From assembly GCA_002898015.1 (NCBI GenBank), contig BDTM01000128.1, forward strand, positions 74,418 to 138,417: a stretch of DNA of 64,000 bases, written 5' to 3'. The position numbers and the translations under genes were made by a program. The notes beneath the pieces were generated by a model, which saw only the letters and a program-made list of their open reading frames with translations, was not told the origin of the DNA and did not search any database. The stretch comes from a bacterium BMS3Bbin03. Its GTDB lineage: Bacteria > Zhuqueibacterota > JdFR-76 > BMS3Abin05. Position 1 is the stretch's first letter. Each line of letters starts with the position of its first letter. Shown here piece by piece: positions 18,276-27,819 of the stretch.

Positions 18276-19253
18276 TCATAAACTATTATTCGGTAAATGA
18301 CACCAGACTTGGTGCCGGGCAGCGAGGGTTTTCCACTCCGGCTCTTTTGTGAAACAAATTTTCCGGGTTTTCGGACACCTTGGGGCAAACGGACAGGCCG
18401 GCAGCGGCCGGGTCAGATCCGGCGGTTCCCCCTGAACAAAAAGTTTTTTTTCGAGAGAATTGCCGGTCATTTTGGGTGTCGATCGAAGCAGCGCTCCGGA
18501 GTAAGGATGGGCGGGTGCGGCAAAAAAAGAATCGGCCGGCGCTTTTTCCAGAATTTTTCCGGCATACATCACCAGAACATGCTCCGCAATTTGACGAACC
18601 ATCCGCAGATCATGGCTGATCATCAAGATGGTAAGCCCTTTTTTTGATTCCAGAGATTGCAGCAATTTTAATATCTGCACCTGGTTGGATACATCCAACG
18701 ATGAAACCGGCTCATCGGCAACCAGAAATTTCGGATTCACGGCCAACGCCCGGACAATGGCCAGACGCTGCTGCTGCCCCCCGGAGAACTGTGCCGGGTA
18801 TTTTTCGAGAGAATCTTCGGGTAAATTGACCTGCCTGAGGTGTTCGACCATTCTCGCCTGCATTTCGTTTCGGGAAAGTGAAAAATGTGCCTTTAGTACT
18901 TCTTTTAAAACCGATTTAATTTTCAGGTGCGGATTGAATGACAGATAGGGATTCTGAAAAATCATCTGAATTTCCCGGCGTAAAAAACGTTGATCCTTCT
19001 TGGATGCCCCGGCCAGAGAAATTCCCTTGTAGGCAATTTGGCCCGAATTGGGTTTGATTAACTGTAAAATAAGTTTTGCTACCGTAGATTTTCCGCTTCC
19101 CGATTCGCCCACCAATCCGGTGACGGAGCCTTCGGTCAATTCAAAGGAAATGTCATCGACGGCTCTGAGAGCAGCTTTTTTTCCAAAACGAAGGGAATAA
19201 TTCTCTAAAAGAAACTGTTTTTTCAAATGAGAGACAGATAATACCACACTCAC
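18276..19253 (-). CDS. ABC transporter ATP-binding protein, oligopeptide/dipeptide (OppF/DppF-like), orphan
   Basis: Walker A GESGSGKST, signature LSGGQQQR, Walker B LVADEP, and the Cys-containing C-terminal extension typical of Opp/Dpp ATPases. No permease or substrate-binding protein gene is adjacent. Confidence 0.8.
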   Translation of the reverse strand: MSVVLSVSHLKKQFLLENYSLRFGKKAALRAVDDISFELTEGSVTGLVGESGSGKSTVAKLILQLIKPNSGQIAYKGISLAGASKKDQRFLRREIQMIFQNPYLSFNPHLKIKSVLKEVLKAHFSLSRNEMQARMVEHLRQVNLPEDSLEKYPAQFSGGQQQRLAIVRALAVNPKFLVADEPVSSLDVSNQVQILKLLQSLESKKGLTILMISHDLRMVRQIAEHVLVMYAGKILEKAPADSFFAAPAHPYSGALLRSTPKMTGNSLEKKLFVQGEPPDLTRPLPACPFAPRCPKTRKICFTKEPEWKTLAARHQVWCHLPNNSL

Positions 19254-19281
19254 AAGAATTCCTTTTCAAACACCTCTAAAA

Positions 19282-20625
19282 TCAGAACATTTTTTCGACC
19301 GCAGCAATGGCCTCGGGAAGTGCGAAAATAATGACCTTATCTTCCGGCTCGATCATCGTATCCCCCGTGGGGATGATGACCTCTTCTCCGCGGGTCACCG
19401 CACCGACGATGGAACCCTGAGGAATTTTCACTTTTTTTAACGGCGAGCCGATAATTCTGGATGATTTGTGGGCGAGAAATTCCAGCACCTCGGCATCCAG
19501 ACCCGGGATGCTGGTCACAGAGACCACATCTCCGCGGCGGATGAAGCGTAAGATCACATTAGAGGTGACGAGATTGGTGTTGACCGCGGCATCAATTCCG
19601 ATCGGTGCCATAATCGGCAGATAATTCTCCTGGTTGATTAAAACGATTGTCCGCTTCACGCCGAGGTGTTTGGCCAGCAACGCGGTCAGCAGGTTGGTCT
19701 CTTCGTCACTGGTGAGCGCAATGAAGGCATCCATTTCCATGATGCCCTCCGATCCCAGCAAATCGATGTCCCGTCCATCGCCCTGAATCACGAGAGTCTG
19801 TTCCAATTGTTCGGCAACGACCTGTGTTTTTTCGGGATTGGATTCGATCAATTTAATCTCGATATCTTTCTCTTTTTCAAGAAGGCGGGCGACGGAGCGG
19901 CCCATTTTACCGCCGCCGAGAATCATTACCTTTTCAATTTTGGCCTCCGCTTTTCCCGCAAGCGTGACTATTTTCGAGATTTCCTCGGTTTTTGCAATGA
20001 AAAAAACTTCATCGCGCCGGACGAGATAGTCCTTACCGGAAGGAATAATGGTTCGATTGTTGCGGAAAATGGCCACGATGCGAAATTTCAACTCCGGATT
20101 TTCACGCGCGATTTCGATCAGATTTTTGCCGCTCAGGGGTGAATGCATGTCCAGCCGAATCCCGACCAATTGAACGTGTCCGTTGGCAAAATCATAAACT
20201 TCGGAAGCGGTCGAGCGTTTGATGAGACGAACCACTTCCTGGGCGGTCTCTTCTTCGGGATGAATGACAATATCGACGTGAAATTTGTCCACGCTTAACT
20301 GGGGCGGATCGGTGTAAAAATGAGAATTCCGCACCCGGGCAATTTTGTGCGGCACACCGTACATCTGAGCCATTTCACAGGCCACTAAATTCACTTCATC
20401 CGAATTGGATACCGCCAACAGCATATCCGCCTGATCGATTTTAGCCTGTTTCAGCAGGTTAATGTCTGTTCCGTAGCCCTGAATGGCCATAATGTCCATG
20501 TGTTCTTCCATCCAGTCGCAGATTTCCGGGCTGGGATCGATCACGACCACATCATGATTCTCGGATGAGAGTATTTTTGCCAGGTGCGACCCGACACGTC
20601 CGGCACCAATAATAATTGTTCGCAA
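19282..20625 (-). CDS. trkA: Trk potassium uptake system NAD-binding protein TrkA (two RCK domains)
   Basis: From the TTG at 20625 the protein begins MRTIIIGAGRVGSHLAKILSSENHDVVVID, which aligns residue-for-residue with the E. coli TrkA N-terminus. A second GGGKMG Rossmann motif lies mid-protein. The ORF track extends to 20658. The shorter start leaves a 5' UTR with GGAG downstream of the predicted promoter. Confidence 0.8.
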   Translation of the reverse strand: MRTIIIGAGRVGSHLAKILSSENHDVVVIDPSPEICDWMEEHMDIMAIQGYGTDINLLKQAKIDQADMLLAVSNSDEVNLVACEMAQMYGVPHKIARVRNSHFYTDPPQLSVDKFHVDIVIHPEEETAQEVVRLIKRSTASEVYDFANGHVQLVGIRLDMHSPLSGKNLIEIARENPELKFRIVAIFRNNRTIIPSGKDYLVRRDEVFFIAKTEEISKIVTLAGKAEAKIEKVMILGGGKMGRSVARLLEKEKDIEIKLIESNPEKTQVVAEQLEQTLVIQGDGRDIDLLGSEGIMEMDAFIALTSDEETNLLTALLAKHLGVKRTIVLINQENYLPIMAPIGIDAAVNTNLVTSNVILRFIRRGDVVSVTSIPGLDAEVLEFLAHKSSRIIGSPLKKVKIPQGSIVGAVTRGEEVIIPTGDTMIEPEDKVIIFALPEAIAAVEKMF

Positions 20626-20667
20626 AAGAAAATGTTCTCCTATTCTATTTTGAATCAAATCCGAACT

Positions 20668-20696
20668 AAAATAAACTAAATCCTTCTGAAATGCAA
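20668..20696 (-). promoter_or_regulatory. Candidate sigma70 promoter for trkA (TTGCAT-17-TATTTT on the minus strand)
   Basis: -35 revcomp at 20691-20696, -10 revcomp at 20668-20673. Confidence 0.35.
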
Positions 20697-20718
20697 GGAA
20701 AATTAGCGGTGAAGACGC

Positions 20719-20748
20719 AAAAAATGAATCACGGCCGATCGGCGGCCG
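20719..20748 (-). terminator. Intrinsic terminator after ftsX (minus strand)
   Basis: On the minus strand, a CGGCCG-ccgat-CGGCCG hairpin (containing the perfect palindrome GCCGATCGGC) is followed by TGATTCATTTTTTG. Confidence 0.45.
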
Positions 20749-20788
20749 GTTGAACCCAATCGTCGCCCGGATAAATCCGGCGGCCGGT

Positions 20789-21649
20789 TCAAATCTCCTC
20801 TTTCAAATATTTCCCGATGGCTCTCCAACTCCCCAGAACGCCCAAAATGATTCCCCATCCCATCACAAAACCAAAAATTTCGCGTGCATTCAGGATTTGA
20901 AGGCTTAACTCATGTCTTGCCGCCCAGATGACCACGAGCAAAAGAAAAAGGGAAAGGATTCCCCCAAAAACTCCGAGATAAAAACCCTGAACTAAAAACG
21001 GCCGGCGAATAAATTGGGGCGTTGCTCCGAGGAGACGCATCACCTTAATTTCCTCGCTCCGGCTGACAATGGCCATTCGAACCGTGTTTGAAATTAAAAG
21101 GAGAGAGATAAACGCAATAATGGCACCCAGAGAAATTCCGATCCCGAAAAAGATTTTTAAATACTTCTCAATGATTTTCAGCAAGTCGTAACGATATGTC
21201 ACGTCCTCCACACCGGAGAGTTTTTTAATCTGCCCCATTATTTTTTGAACCCGGACTCTCGTATGAAAACTTTTCTTTAATCGAATCCTGAAAGAGGATT
21301 GCAGCGGATTCTCCCCCAGAATATCGATGATATTTTCACCAAATTCTTTCTGAAATTTTTGCAGTGCATCATATTTTGATACGAATTTTACGGAATCCAC
21401 CCCGGGGATTTTTAAAAGTGATTTTCGAATGTGATACGCATCCTGCACTTTCACCGTATCCAGCAAAAATACTTCCATTTCCAGTTTATCTTTTAATTTC
21501 TGCAAAACCTGCCACCCGTTCCAGGCGCCGATCAGGAAAATACCGACCAGCCAGAGTGAAAGGGCTATTGTGATAATCGACACCCAGACCGAACCGCGGG
21601 CGCGGCGTAAATTTGCAAATCCTTCCCGTACGGCGTACCACCATGTCAT
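20789..21649 (-). CDS. ftsX: Cell division permease FtsX
   Basis: 286 aa with four TM helices and a large periplasmic loop. Overlaps ftsE by 4 nt. Confidence 0.85.
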   Translation of the reverse strand: MTWWYAVREGFANLRRARGSVWVSIITIALSLWLVGIFLIGAWNGWQVLQKLKDKLEMEVFLLDTVKVQDAYHIRKSLLKIPGVDSVKFVSKYDALQKFQKEFGENIIDILGENPLQSSFRIRLKKSFHTRVRVQKIMGQIKKLSGVEDVTYRYDLLKIIEKYLKIFFGIGISLGAIIAFISLLLISNTVRMAIVSRSEEIKVMRLLGATPQFIRRPFLVQGFYLGVFGGILSLFLLLVVIWAARHELSLQILNAREIFGFVMGWGIILGVLGSWRAIGKYLKEEI

Positions 21650-22296
21650 GATATGATTTTCCCTTTGTCGATTCGAATCACACGGCGGCCTGTTTTTTTG
21701 GCCATTTCATAATTGTGAGTGGCCATGATGATCGACGTGCCCCGCTCATTTATTTTATGAAGAAGCGCCAGAATCTCCTCTCGATTTTCCTCATCCAGAT
21801 TTCCGGTGGGTTCATCCGCCAGAATGACAAACGGCTCATTGACAAGCGCCCGCGCGATTGCCACGCGCTGCTGCTCACCGCCTGAAAGCGCCTGGGGCAT
21901 TTTCAGCTTTTTATGAGAAAGACCAACGTCCCGCAAAATTTCAAGCACGCGTTTATTTATCCGGGAACGGCGCACCCCGATAATTCTCAGCGCAAACGCA
22001 ATATTCTCAAACACATTTCGATCGCGAAGCAATCGAAAATCCTGAAAAACCATTCCTATTTTTCGCCGAATATAAGGAATGTCTTTGCGGGTAATTTCCT
22101 GTGTGTTGTATCCGTCCAGCAAAATATTCCCGCGCTGGGGGAATTCTTCAAGATAAATAAGTTTCAAAACCGTACTTTTCCCCGCTCCCGACGGGCCGGT
22201 TAAAAAAACAAATTCGCCGTTTTTAACGTACAGGTTAATATTCTCCACACCCGCGCTGCGCGGATAAGAAAAACTCACATTGAAAAATCGAACCAC
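21646..22296 (-). CDS. ftsE: Cell division ATP-binding protein FtsE
   Basis: Walker [10 protein letters not shown], signature LSGGEQQR, Walker [12 protein letters not shown]. Confidence 0.9.
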   Translation of the reverse strand: MVRFFNVSFSYPRSAGVENINLYVKNGEFVFLTGPSGAGKSTVLKLIYLEEFPQRGNILLDGYNTQEITRKDIPYIRRKIGMVFQDFRLLRDRNVFENIAFALRIIGVRRSRINKRVLEILRDVGLSHKKLKMPQALSGGEQQRVAIARALVNEPFVILADEPTGNLDEENREEILALLHKINERGTSIIMATHNYEMAKKTGRRVIRIDKGKIIS

Positions 22297-22305
22297 ATCG
22301 CCACC

Positions 22306-23070
22306 TTATTTTATTAATACAAAATGAATTCGATTTGAATTCTGATGAGCCGCGTCAAACGAAAATCCGTCGAGTGCATATTTGAGCGTCCAGTTCGTCT
22401 TTTCGATGAGGTCGAAAAACAGTTCCGTCGGATAAATCCGCTGCCGGTGTACTTCATGATAAAGTCTCGGGTCATTCTTAAATTTTATCTGAAATTCCGT
22501 TATTTGAATATGCTTTTTTCGATCAAAACGACTGCGGCGCGTGTAAGAAAAACCGTTTTCCTTTTTCACTTCGTAGTAGTTTGAAAAATTTAGCTCCGAA
22601 TTCTGAATGGTGCAAATATCAAAGATCAGAACGCCCCTTTCTTTCACAGTCTCGTAAAAATTTTCCAGAGCCAGTAAAATTTCATCCGAAGTTTTCAGAT
22701 AATTGATGCTGTCGTAAAGACAAACAATGGCATCTACCTGTTTTTTAAGGCCGAATCTCCGCATGTCATTCACCCAGAGCGGAATCCGGTTCAATTTTTC
22801 TTTCATCCGGGCCTGACGTATCATCGGGAAGGATCCGTCACATCCGTACAGTTCCGTTATTTTTCCGCTCAGATTGACCAAAAAAGAGCCGGTGCCGCAG
22901 GACGTATCAAGAAGCGATTCCGGAGAAAAATGAAGCTTTTTGTAAATGCTTAAAATGTGTTCCGCCCACATCTGATAATCCACGTGGCGCATCAAAAAGT
23001 CGTAAATAGGTGCTAATTTTTCATAGGGCGGCACATGTTTAATATTTTTTTGAAGCCAATTGAACAGCAA
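22306..23070 (-). CDS. Class I SAM-dependent methyltransferase
   Basis: LLDTSCGTGSF motif I. The N-terminus YEKLAPIYDFLMRHVDY is typical of small-molecule methyltransferases. Confidence 0.65.
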   Translation of the reverse strand: MLFNWLQKNIKHVPPYEKLAPIYDFLMRHVDYQMWAEHILSIYKKLHFSPESLLDTSCGTGSFLVNLSGKITELYGCDGSFPMIRQARMKEKLNRIPLWVNDMRRFGLKKQVDAIVCLYDSINYLKTSDEILLALENFYETVKERGVLIFDICTIQNSELNFSNYYEVKKENGFSYTRRSRFDRKKHIQITEFQIKFKNDPRLYHEVHRQRIYPTELFFDLIEKTNWTLKYALDGFSFDAAHQNSNRIHFVLIK

Positions 23071-23998
23071 GACGAATGGCCTCCTTCATGCTTTGTGCAT
23101 TGGCCAGACCCTTTCCGGCAATATCGAATGCCGTTCCGTGGTCCGGCGATGTGCGGGGTACCGGTAAACCCGACGTAAAATTTACGGCAGAACCAAAGCC
23201 GTACATCTTGATCGGAATCATTCCCTGGTCATGGTACTGAACCATATAGGCGTCGAAGTTTTTTTGATCTATTCCGGTGAAAAGCGTATCGGCCGGAAAC
23301 GGCCCGTGAATATCGATGCCCTTATGAATGAGCTGTTTGACCGCCGGGCGAATGATTTTTTCCTCTTCCGTTCCCAACCTGCCGTGTTCACCGGCGTGTG
23401 GATTTAACGCCGCCATGGCCAATTTGGGATGAGCCGCGCCAAAGTACTTTTTCAGATCATTCACCACGGCAAACACCTTGTCGATAATGATATCAATCGA
23501 TATTTTCGATGCCACCTCCCGAATCGGCTGGTGTGTGGTGACAAAGCCCACCCGGAAACGCCCGGAGAGAAGCACCATGGCGAAACGCCCCACACCGAAT
23601 CCCTGCGCCAGGAACTCCGTCTGCCCGGGGTACTGCCGGTAACCGGCCATCCACAACGCCTCTTTTGAAATCGGGGCCGTCACGATGGCGCAGCTTTCGC
23701 ATCGATTGGCAAGCTCGATCGCTTTCTTCAAAAAAAGAGCACTCATTTTTCCGGCCTGTTCAGAAATCTGTCCGGGCTGAATCCGGAGCTCCTTTTCCCC
23801 GGCGCACTCGATTACTTCAAATTTAGGGAGCAGATTCTCCAATTTCAAGCGTTTTGCATAAAAATCCAAAATAGGCCGGGAACCGAGGAGAACCGGCGTT
23901 AATGTGCCGAAAAGCGTTTTGTCCTGCAGCGCCTTTAGCGTGACTTCCGGCCCAACGCCGTTGAAATCCCCCATTGTAATTAAAATTTTTCGTTTCAT
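23039..23998 (-). CDS. pdxA: 4-hydroxythreonine-4-phosphate dehydrogenase
   Basis: The N-terminus ILITMGDFNGVGPEV and the C-terminal SPDHGTAFDIAGKG metal-site motif match the PdxA family. Confidence 0.85.
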   Translation of the reverse strand: MKRKILITMGDFNGVGPEVTLKALQDKTLFGTLTPVLLGSRPILDFYAKRLKLENLLPKFEVIECAGEKELRIQPGQISEQAGKMSALFLKKAIELANRCESCAIVTAPISKEALWMAGYRQYPGQTEFLAQGFGVGRFAMVLLSGRFRVGFVTTHQPIREVASKISIDIIIDKVFAVVNDLKKYFGAAHPKLAMAALNPHAGEHGRLGTEEEKIIRPAVKQLIHKGIDIHGPFPADTLFTGIDQKNFDAYMVQYHDQGMIPIKMYGFGSAVNFTSGLPVPRTSPDHGTAFDIAGKGLANAQSMKEAIRLAVQLASKKY

Positions 23999-25275
23999 GA
24001 AATCGCCCGTGCATCTCCCGATTTTATAAGCGCGTATTTGAACAACACCGGCCCTACAATTTGATTAATGGCAATAATCGCAAGAATCGTGGTTTTAAAA
24101 TCGGCGCCCCAGCCCGGAAACGTGCGTTCCACCAAAATAGCCAGGCCCAGCCCGACACCCGCCTGTGAGATGAATCCCATCCAGGAATATTTTCGAATAG
24201 AATCCTGTGCTTTTGCCAGCACGCTTCCGGCCAGCGTACTGCTCCAGACGGCAAACAGCCGAATACCCACAATAATCAGAGCGAGCAGCCAGGTTTCTTT
24301 AAGTGCAATTAGGTTCAGGCTTGCTCCTGCGACGGCAAAAAACAACACATAAATAATTAACGAACTTCGATCGACAATCCGCAGCAGATGTGTCCCGAGC
24401 GGGGTAAAATTTTCCACAATAAAACCGGCCATGATAAAAATTAATAAAATATTTAAATGAATCAAGGGGGCAAATTTCGAAACAAAAAAGAGTACACCCA
24501 AAATGAACAAAGAAACATATGGAATATTTCGTTTAAGATAAACAATCAGCAGCCAGCCGATGACACCGCCTGCCAGAAACGAGCCGAATAATTCAGTAAA
24601 AAGGACTAACAAAAGGTTGTTTTCAGCCAAATTGTCTGTTAAAAATATTTTTTTCGATAGAAAAAAAATCAACGCAAAGAAGAGAATCACAATCACATCT
24701 TTTAAAATAGTGATGCCCAGCACAATTTCCGTAAATTTTCCTTTTGCCTTTAATTCGCTGATCATGGCAATGGTTGTGGAGGGCGATTTAGTGACCAGAA
24801 CAATCCCGAAAATCATGGCCACACCCAATATCCGGATGGCATTCATCTCTTTTAAAAATCCGATGGCCGGGGCGAGTGCGTACACCAACCCTGTAATAAT
24901 CGCAAACATTCCCAGTGTTTGCACCACCGTGATGGAAATCAGGACTTTTGAATCTTCCTTCAATTGATTGAGGCGTAATTCCCCGCCGGCGGATAAGGCG
25001 ATCACGCTTAATGCCAGATCATCGATCATGCGGAGTTTTTCAACCGTTTGATGGGTCAGGAATCCAAAAACGTAGGGGCCAAACAGAATGCCGACCACAA
25101 TGTAACCCGTCAACTTCGGCAATTTTATCTTAAAAAGCAGCCGTCCCAGCAAATAGCCGTCCAACAACAAAAATCCCACGGCAAATGTGACCAGACTCCC
25201 ATTGGAAAAGCGGGCTGAAAAGAACGTTAAATATCCGACGAGACTGATGAAAAAAAATCCGATAAATTCAAACAT
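23995..25275 (-). CDS. Cation:proton antiporter (Na+/H+ exchanger family, CPA)
   Basis: 426-aa polytopic membrane protein, about 12 helices, CPA-type. Confidence 0.65.
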   Translation of the reverse strand: MFEFIGFFFISLVGYLTFFSARFSNGSLVTFAVGFLLLDGYLLGRLLFKIKLPKLTGYIVVGILFGPYVFGFLTHQTVEKLRMIDDLALSVIALSAGGELRLNQLKEDSKVLISITVVQTLGMFAIITGLVYALAPAIGFLKEMNAIRILGVAMIFGIVLVTKSPSTTIAMISELKAKGKFTEIVLGITILKDVIVILFFALIFFLSKKIFLTDNLAENNLLLVLFTELFGSFLAGGVIGWLLIVYLKRNIPYVSLFILGVLFFVSKFAPLIHLNILLIFIMAGFIVENFTPLGTHLLRIVDRSSLIIYVLFFAVAGASLNLIALKETWLLALIIVGIRLFAVWSSTLAGSVLAKAQDSIRKYSWMGFISQAGVGLGLAILVERTFPGWGADFKTTILAIIAINQIVGPVLFKYALIKSGDARAIS

Positions 25276-26455
25276 TTCGCTGAAAATCTTTCTTTAGATA
25301 GGCTTCCATAAAATAGCGTGCCGCCGGCATGGCCACTAACACCGATACAAACAGCGCCAAAAACAGCCTGTTCATAATGAAAGCGCTCGATGCGCCAAGC
25401 ATCCGGAAATCGATCAGAGCGGCGAAAAGGACAGATGTCTGGCAAAGAAGGCTGCCGGCGAGGGCAAAGGTGTTTTCTCCTGAAAAAATTTTTATCAGAA
25501 AAGATCCGAACAATTTTCCGAAGTACCGAAGCAAAAAATAAATAAAACCAATGATAAGCGCCGGTAACAGAATTTGTTTCATGTTTTCCAGACGAACGGA
25601 CCACAACGCCCCAAAGAGCACATAAATCAGAACCATCATAAGCTGTTCGGCTTCATTTAAAATCGCGGCCACCCGGCTTCTTTTAAGCGACGAATTCGCC
25701 ACAACGATCCCGGTAATCGCATTCACAAAAAGGGGCGAGATTTTAAGCAGCCCGGACAATCCGCTGGACAGAAAAATAATTCCGTACACAAATAGAAGCA
25801 TTTCATTGTGTTTGCGGGCGCCGATAACCATCATGTTGATAAATAACCCGGAACTGATTCCGATGACGAGTGCCAGCCCCAGATTCCGCCACCAGGCGTG
25901 CTGCTCCAAAAAGCAGGTGATGATGCCGTAAACCAAAACGCCTAAAATTCCGCCCAAAACCGTGATGAGTGAAAGCTGTTCTATTTTGAAGGACCTTTTC
26001 CGCTCTTTTCGAATCATGAGACGGAGCAGAATCGGGGACGTCGCCACAGAAAGTGCCGCAAGAAGCCAGGCGGTCGATTGTGGAAAGCCTCTCAAAAACG
26101 TCCCGAAAATCAGGGTAAACCCAATGCCAACCGCCAAAAAAGCACCCCCGGAAAAAAGAAGCGAATAGGCAATATCCCGCGTATCGATTTTTTTAATCAG
26201 ACGCACATCAAAATCGATGGTAATTAAAAATCCCAGCCAGCCCAGGGAGAAACCGATGATCGGCAAAATTTGAAGCAGGACATCATCCGTGAAGATATTT
26301 AAACCGGTCTGGCTGAATAGAATCCCAATGAAAACAAACATAATGCCGTAGAACGGAGTCTTCTCAATTCCCAATTTCGACCGGGTAAACTTGACAACCG
26401 GCGCTCCGAACAATACGATCGCCGCCAAAATAAATAATGCTAAAAATATTTTCAT
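25268..26455 (-). CDS. Cation:proton antiporter (Na+/H+ exchanger family, CPA), tandem paralogue
   Basis: 395-aa polytopic membrane protein. It overlaps the downstream antiporter gene by 8 nt. Confidence 0.65.
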   Translation of the reverse strand: MKIFLALFILAAIVLFGAPVVKFTRSKLGIEKTPFYGIMFVFIGILFSQTGLNIFTDDVLLQILPIIGFSLGWLGFLITIDFDVRLIKKIDTRDIAYSLLFSGGAFLAVGIGFTLIFGTFLRGFPQSTAWLLAALSVATSPILLRLMIRKERKRSFKIEQLSLITVLGGILGVLVYGIITCFLEQHAWWRNLGLALVIGISSGLFINMMVIGARKHNEMLLFVYGIIFLSSGLSGLLKISPLFVNAITGIVVANSSLKRSRVAAILNEAEQLMMVLIYVLFGALWSVRLENMKQILLPALIIGFIYFLLRYFGKLFGSFLIKIFSGENTFALAGSLLCQTSVLFAALIDFRMLGASSAFIMNRLFLALFVSVLVAMPAARYFMEAYLKKDFQRNV

Positions 26456-26497
26456 TTTTTAAACGGATTTAAGTTAATGCTATTTGATTCAGGCCAA

Positions 26498-26531
26498 GAT
26501 AAAAAAATATCCCGTCACACGGGATATTTTT
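26498..26531. terminator. Bidirectional intrinsic terminator
   Basis: AAAAAAA-ATATCCCG-tcaca-CGGGATAT-TTTTTA. A perfect 8-bp stem with a 5-nt loop is flanked by an A-run and a T-run. It terminates yjbQ on the minus strand. Confidence 0.7.
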
Positions 26532-26557
26532 ATACGATCATTTTATAATTTTATTCT

Positions 26558-26956
26558 CTATTCGCCGACAATCTGAATCCAGGCCTTCCTGTGGCGGGGG
26601 CCGTCAAATTCGCAAAAGTAAATGGATTGCCAGGTTCCCAATTTCAGACGCCCGTTTTGAATGATAATTGCTTCCGAAGGGCCAAACAGGCTCGATTTTA
26701 TATGCGCTGCCGAATTTCCTTCGGCGTGATGATAGCCGTCTTCAAAAGGAATCATCTTTATGGTTTCCATAATAATGTCCCGCACCACATTGGGATCGGC
26801 GTTTTCATTGATGGTAATGCCGGCGGTTGTGTGAGGCGCAAAGATCAGACAGATGCCTTTTTGAACACCGCTGGTGTTCACTACTTTTTGAACCTCGGCA
26901 TCGATTCGAATAAATTCTGTCTGTGAATGGGTTCGGATTGGTATTTCCGCAAACAT
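26558..26956 (-). CDS. yjbQ: YjbQ/UPF0047 family protein (secondary thiamine-phosphate synthase-like)
   Basis: 132 aa with the characteristic GICLIFAPHTTAGITINENADP...HIKSSLFGPS motifs. Confidence 0.8.
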   Translation of the reverse strand: MFAEIPIRTHSQTEFIRIDAEVQKVVNTSGVQKGICLIFAPHTTAGITINENADPNVVRDIIMETIKMIPFEDGYHHAEGNSAAHIKSSLFGPSEAIIIQNGRLKLGTWQSIYFCEFDGPRHRKAWIQIVGE

Positions 26957-26977
26957 TTTTAGGCGCTCCGTTGTTGG

Positions 26978-27751
26978 TTATTTTAAGCCGAGCGTTTTAT
27001 CACGCTTAAGATTCCAGTTTACCCAGTCGGCTTTGTTTTTCATATCTTTTATCGAAAACGATCCGGCAAATTTTACCTGGCCGTGTTTATCAATTTTTAA
27101 CATCTGCATTTCTTTCACGATATAAAGCCACCGTTCCATGGTCACTTTATGGGGTCCGGGAACCTGATGGGGGCCTTGAATTTGGTATGGCTTGATCAAT
27201 TTGGGTGAGATTTTCAGGCGGTCGATATCTTCTTTGGCGTTTGAAACTTTTACCTCACCTTTGTACACCCGGACTTCCGAGGTGGAATCCAGAGCAAAAC
27301 GCACTTCCAACTTTGTTCCGGTTACGGCGGTTCCGGCAATCGGCGTATCCAGTTTGAATTTTATCTTTTTCGTCTTTTTTGAAACGGTCGCCCACAAATC
27401 GCCGGCCTCTATTTTGATTTTTGTCGTTCTGACCTGCGTATCCTTCGATTCTTCGTAAAGTTTTACGATATCGATGGTGGTCTCCGGTGCCAGGCGCACA
27501 ATATCCATGCCCGCTAATTTAATTTCCGCACGGGAACGCTGATAGGTGCGCACCTTTTCTCCCCGAACAACTTCCGTATTTTTATGCGCCGTAATCCAAT
27601 TTTCCAGTTTGGGCTTTTTCTTCTTCACCCTGCCGTCGACATAAGTGACGACACCCTTTTCTTCAAATTTGTCTGAAAATAACAGGTACGGAACGAATAC
27701 TAAAACGACCAGTAAAGGCAAAACCGAAAAATATATTTTCTTGTTTTTCAT
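26978..27751 (-). CDS. Secreted FecR-domain protein
   Basis: Signal peptide followed by a beta-rich FecR-like pattern (GVVTYVDGRV...AEIKLAGMDIVRLAPETTIDI...FKLDTPIAGTAVTGTKLEV). Confidence 0.5.
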   Translation of the reverse strand: MKNKKIYFSVLPLLVVLVFVPYLLFSDKFEEKGVVTYVDGRVKKKKPKLENWITAHKNTEVVRGEKVRTYQRSRAEIKLAGMDIVRLAPETTIDIVKLYEESKDTQVRTTKIKIEAGDLWATVSKKTKKIKFKLDTPIAGTAVTGTKLEVRFALDSTSEVRVYKGEVKVSNAKEDIDRLKISPKLIKPYQIQGPHQVPGPHKVTMERWLYIVKEMQMLKIDKHGQVKFAGSFSIKDMKNKADWVNWNLKRDKTLGLK

Positions 27752-27819
27752 AGGCTTACCTTTCTTTATTTGAATTGTGAAGCCTTCTTTTCCGCACTTT
27801 TCGGATGCGCGCAGAAAGT

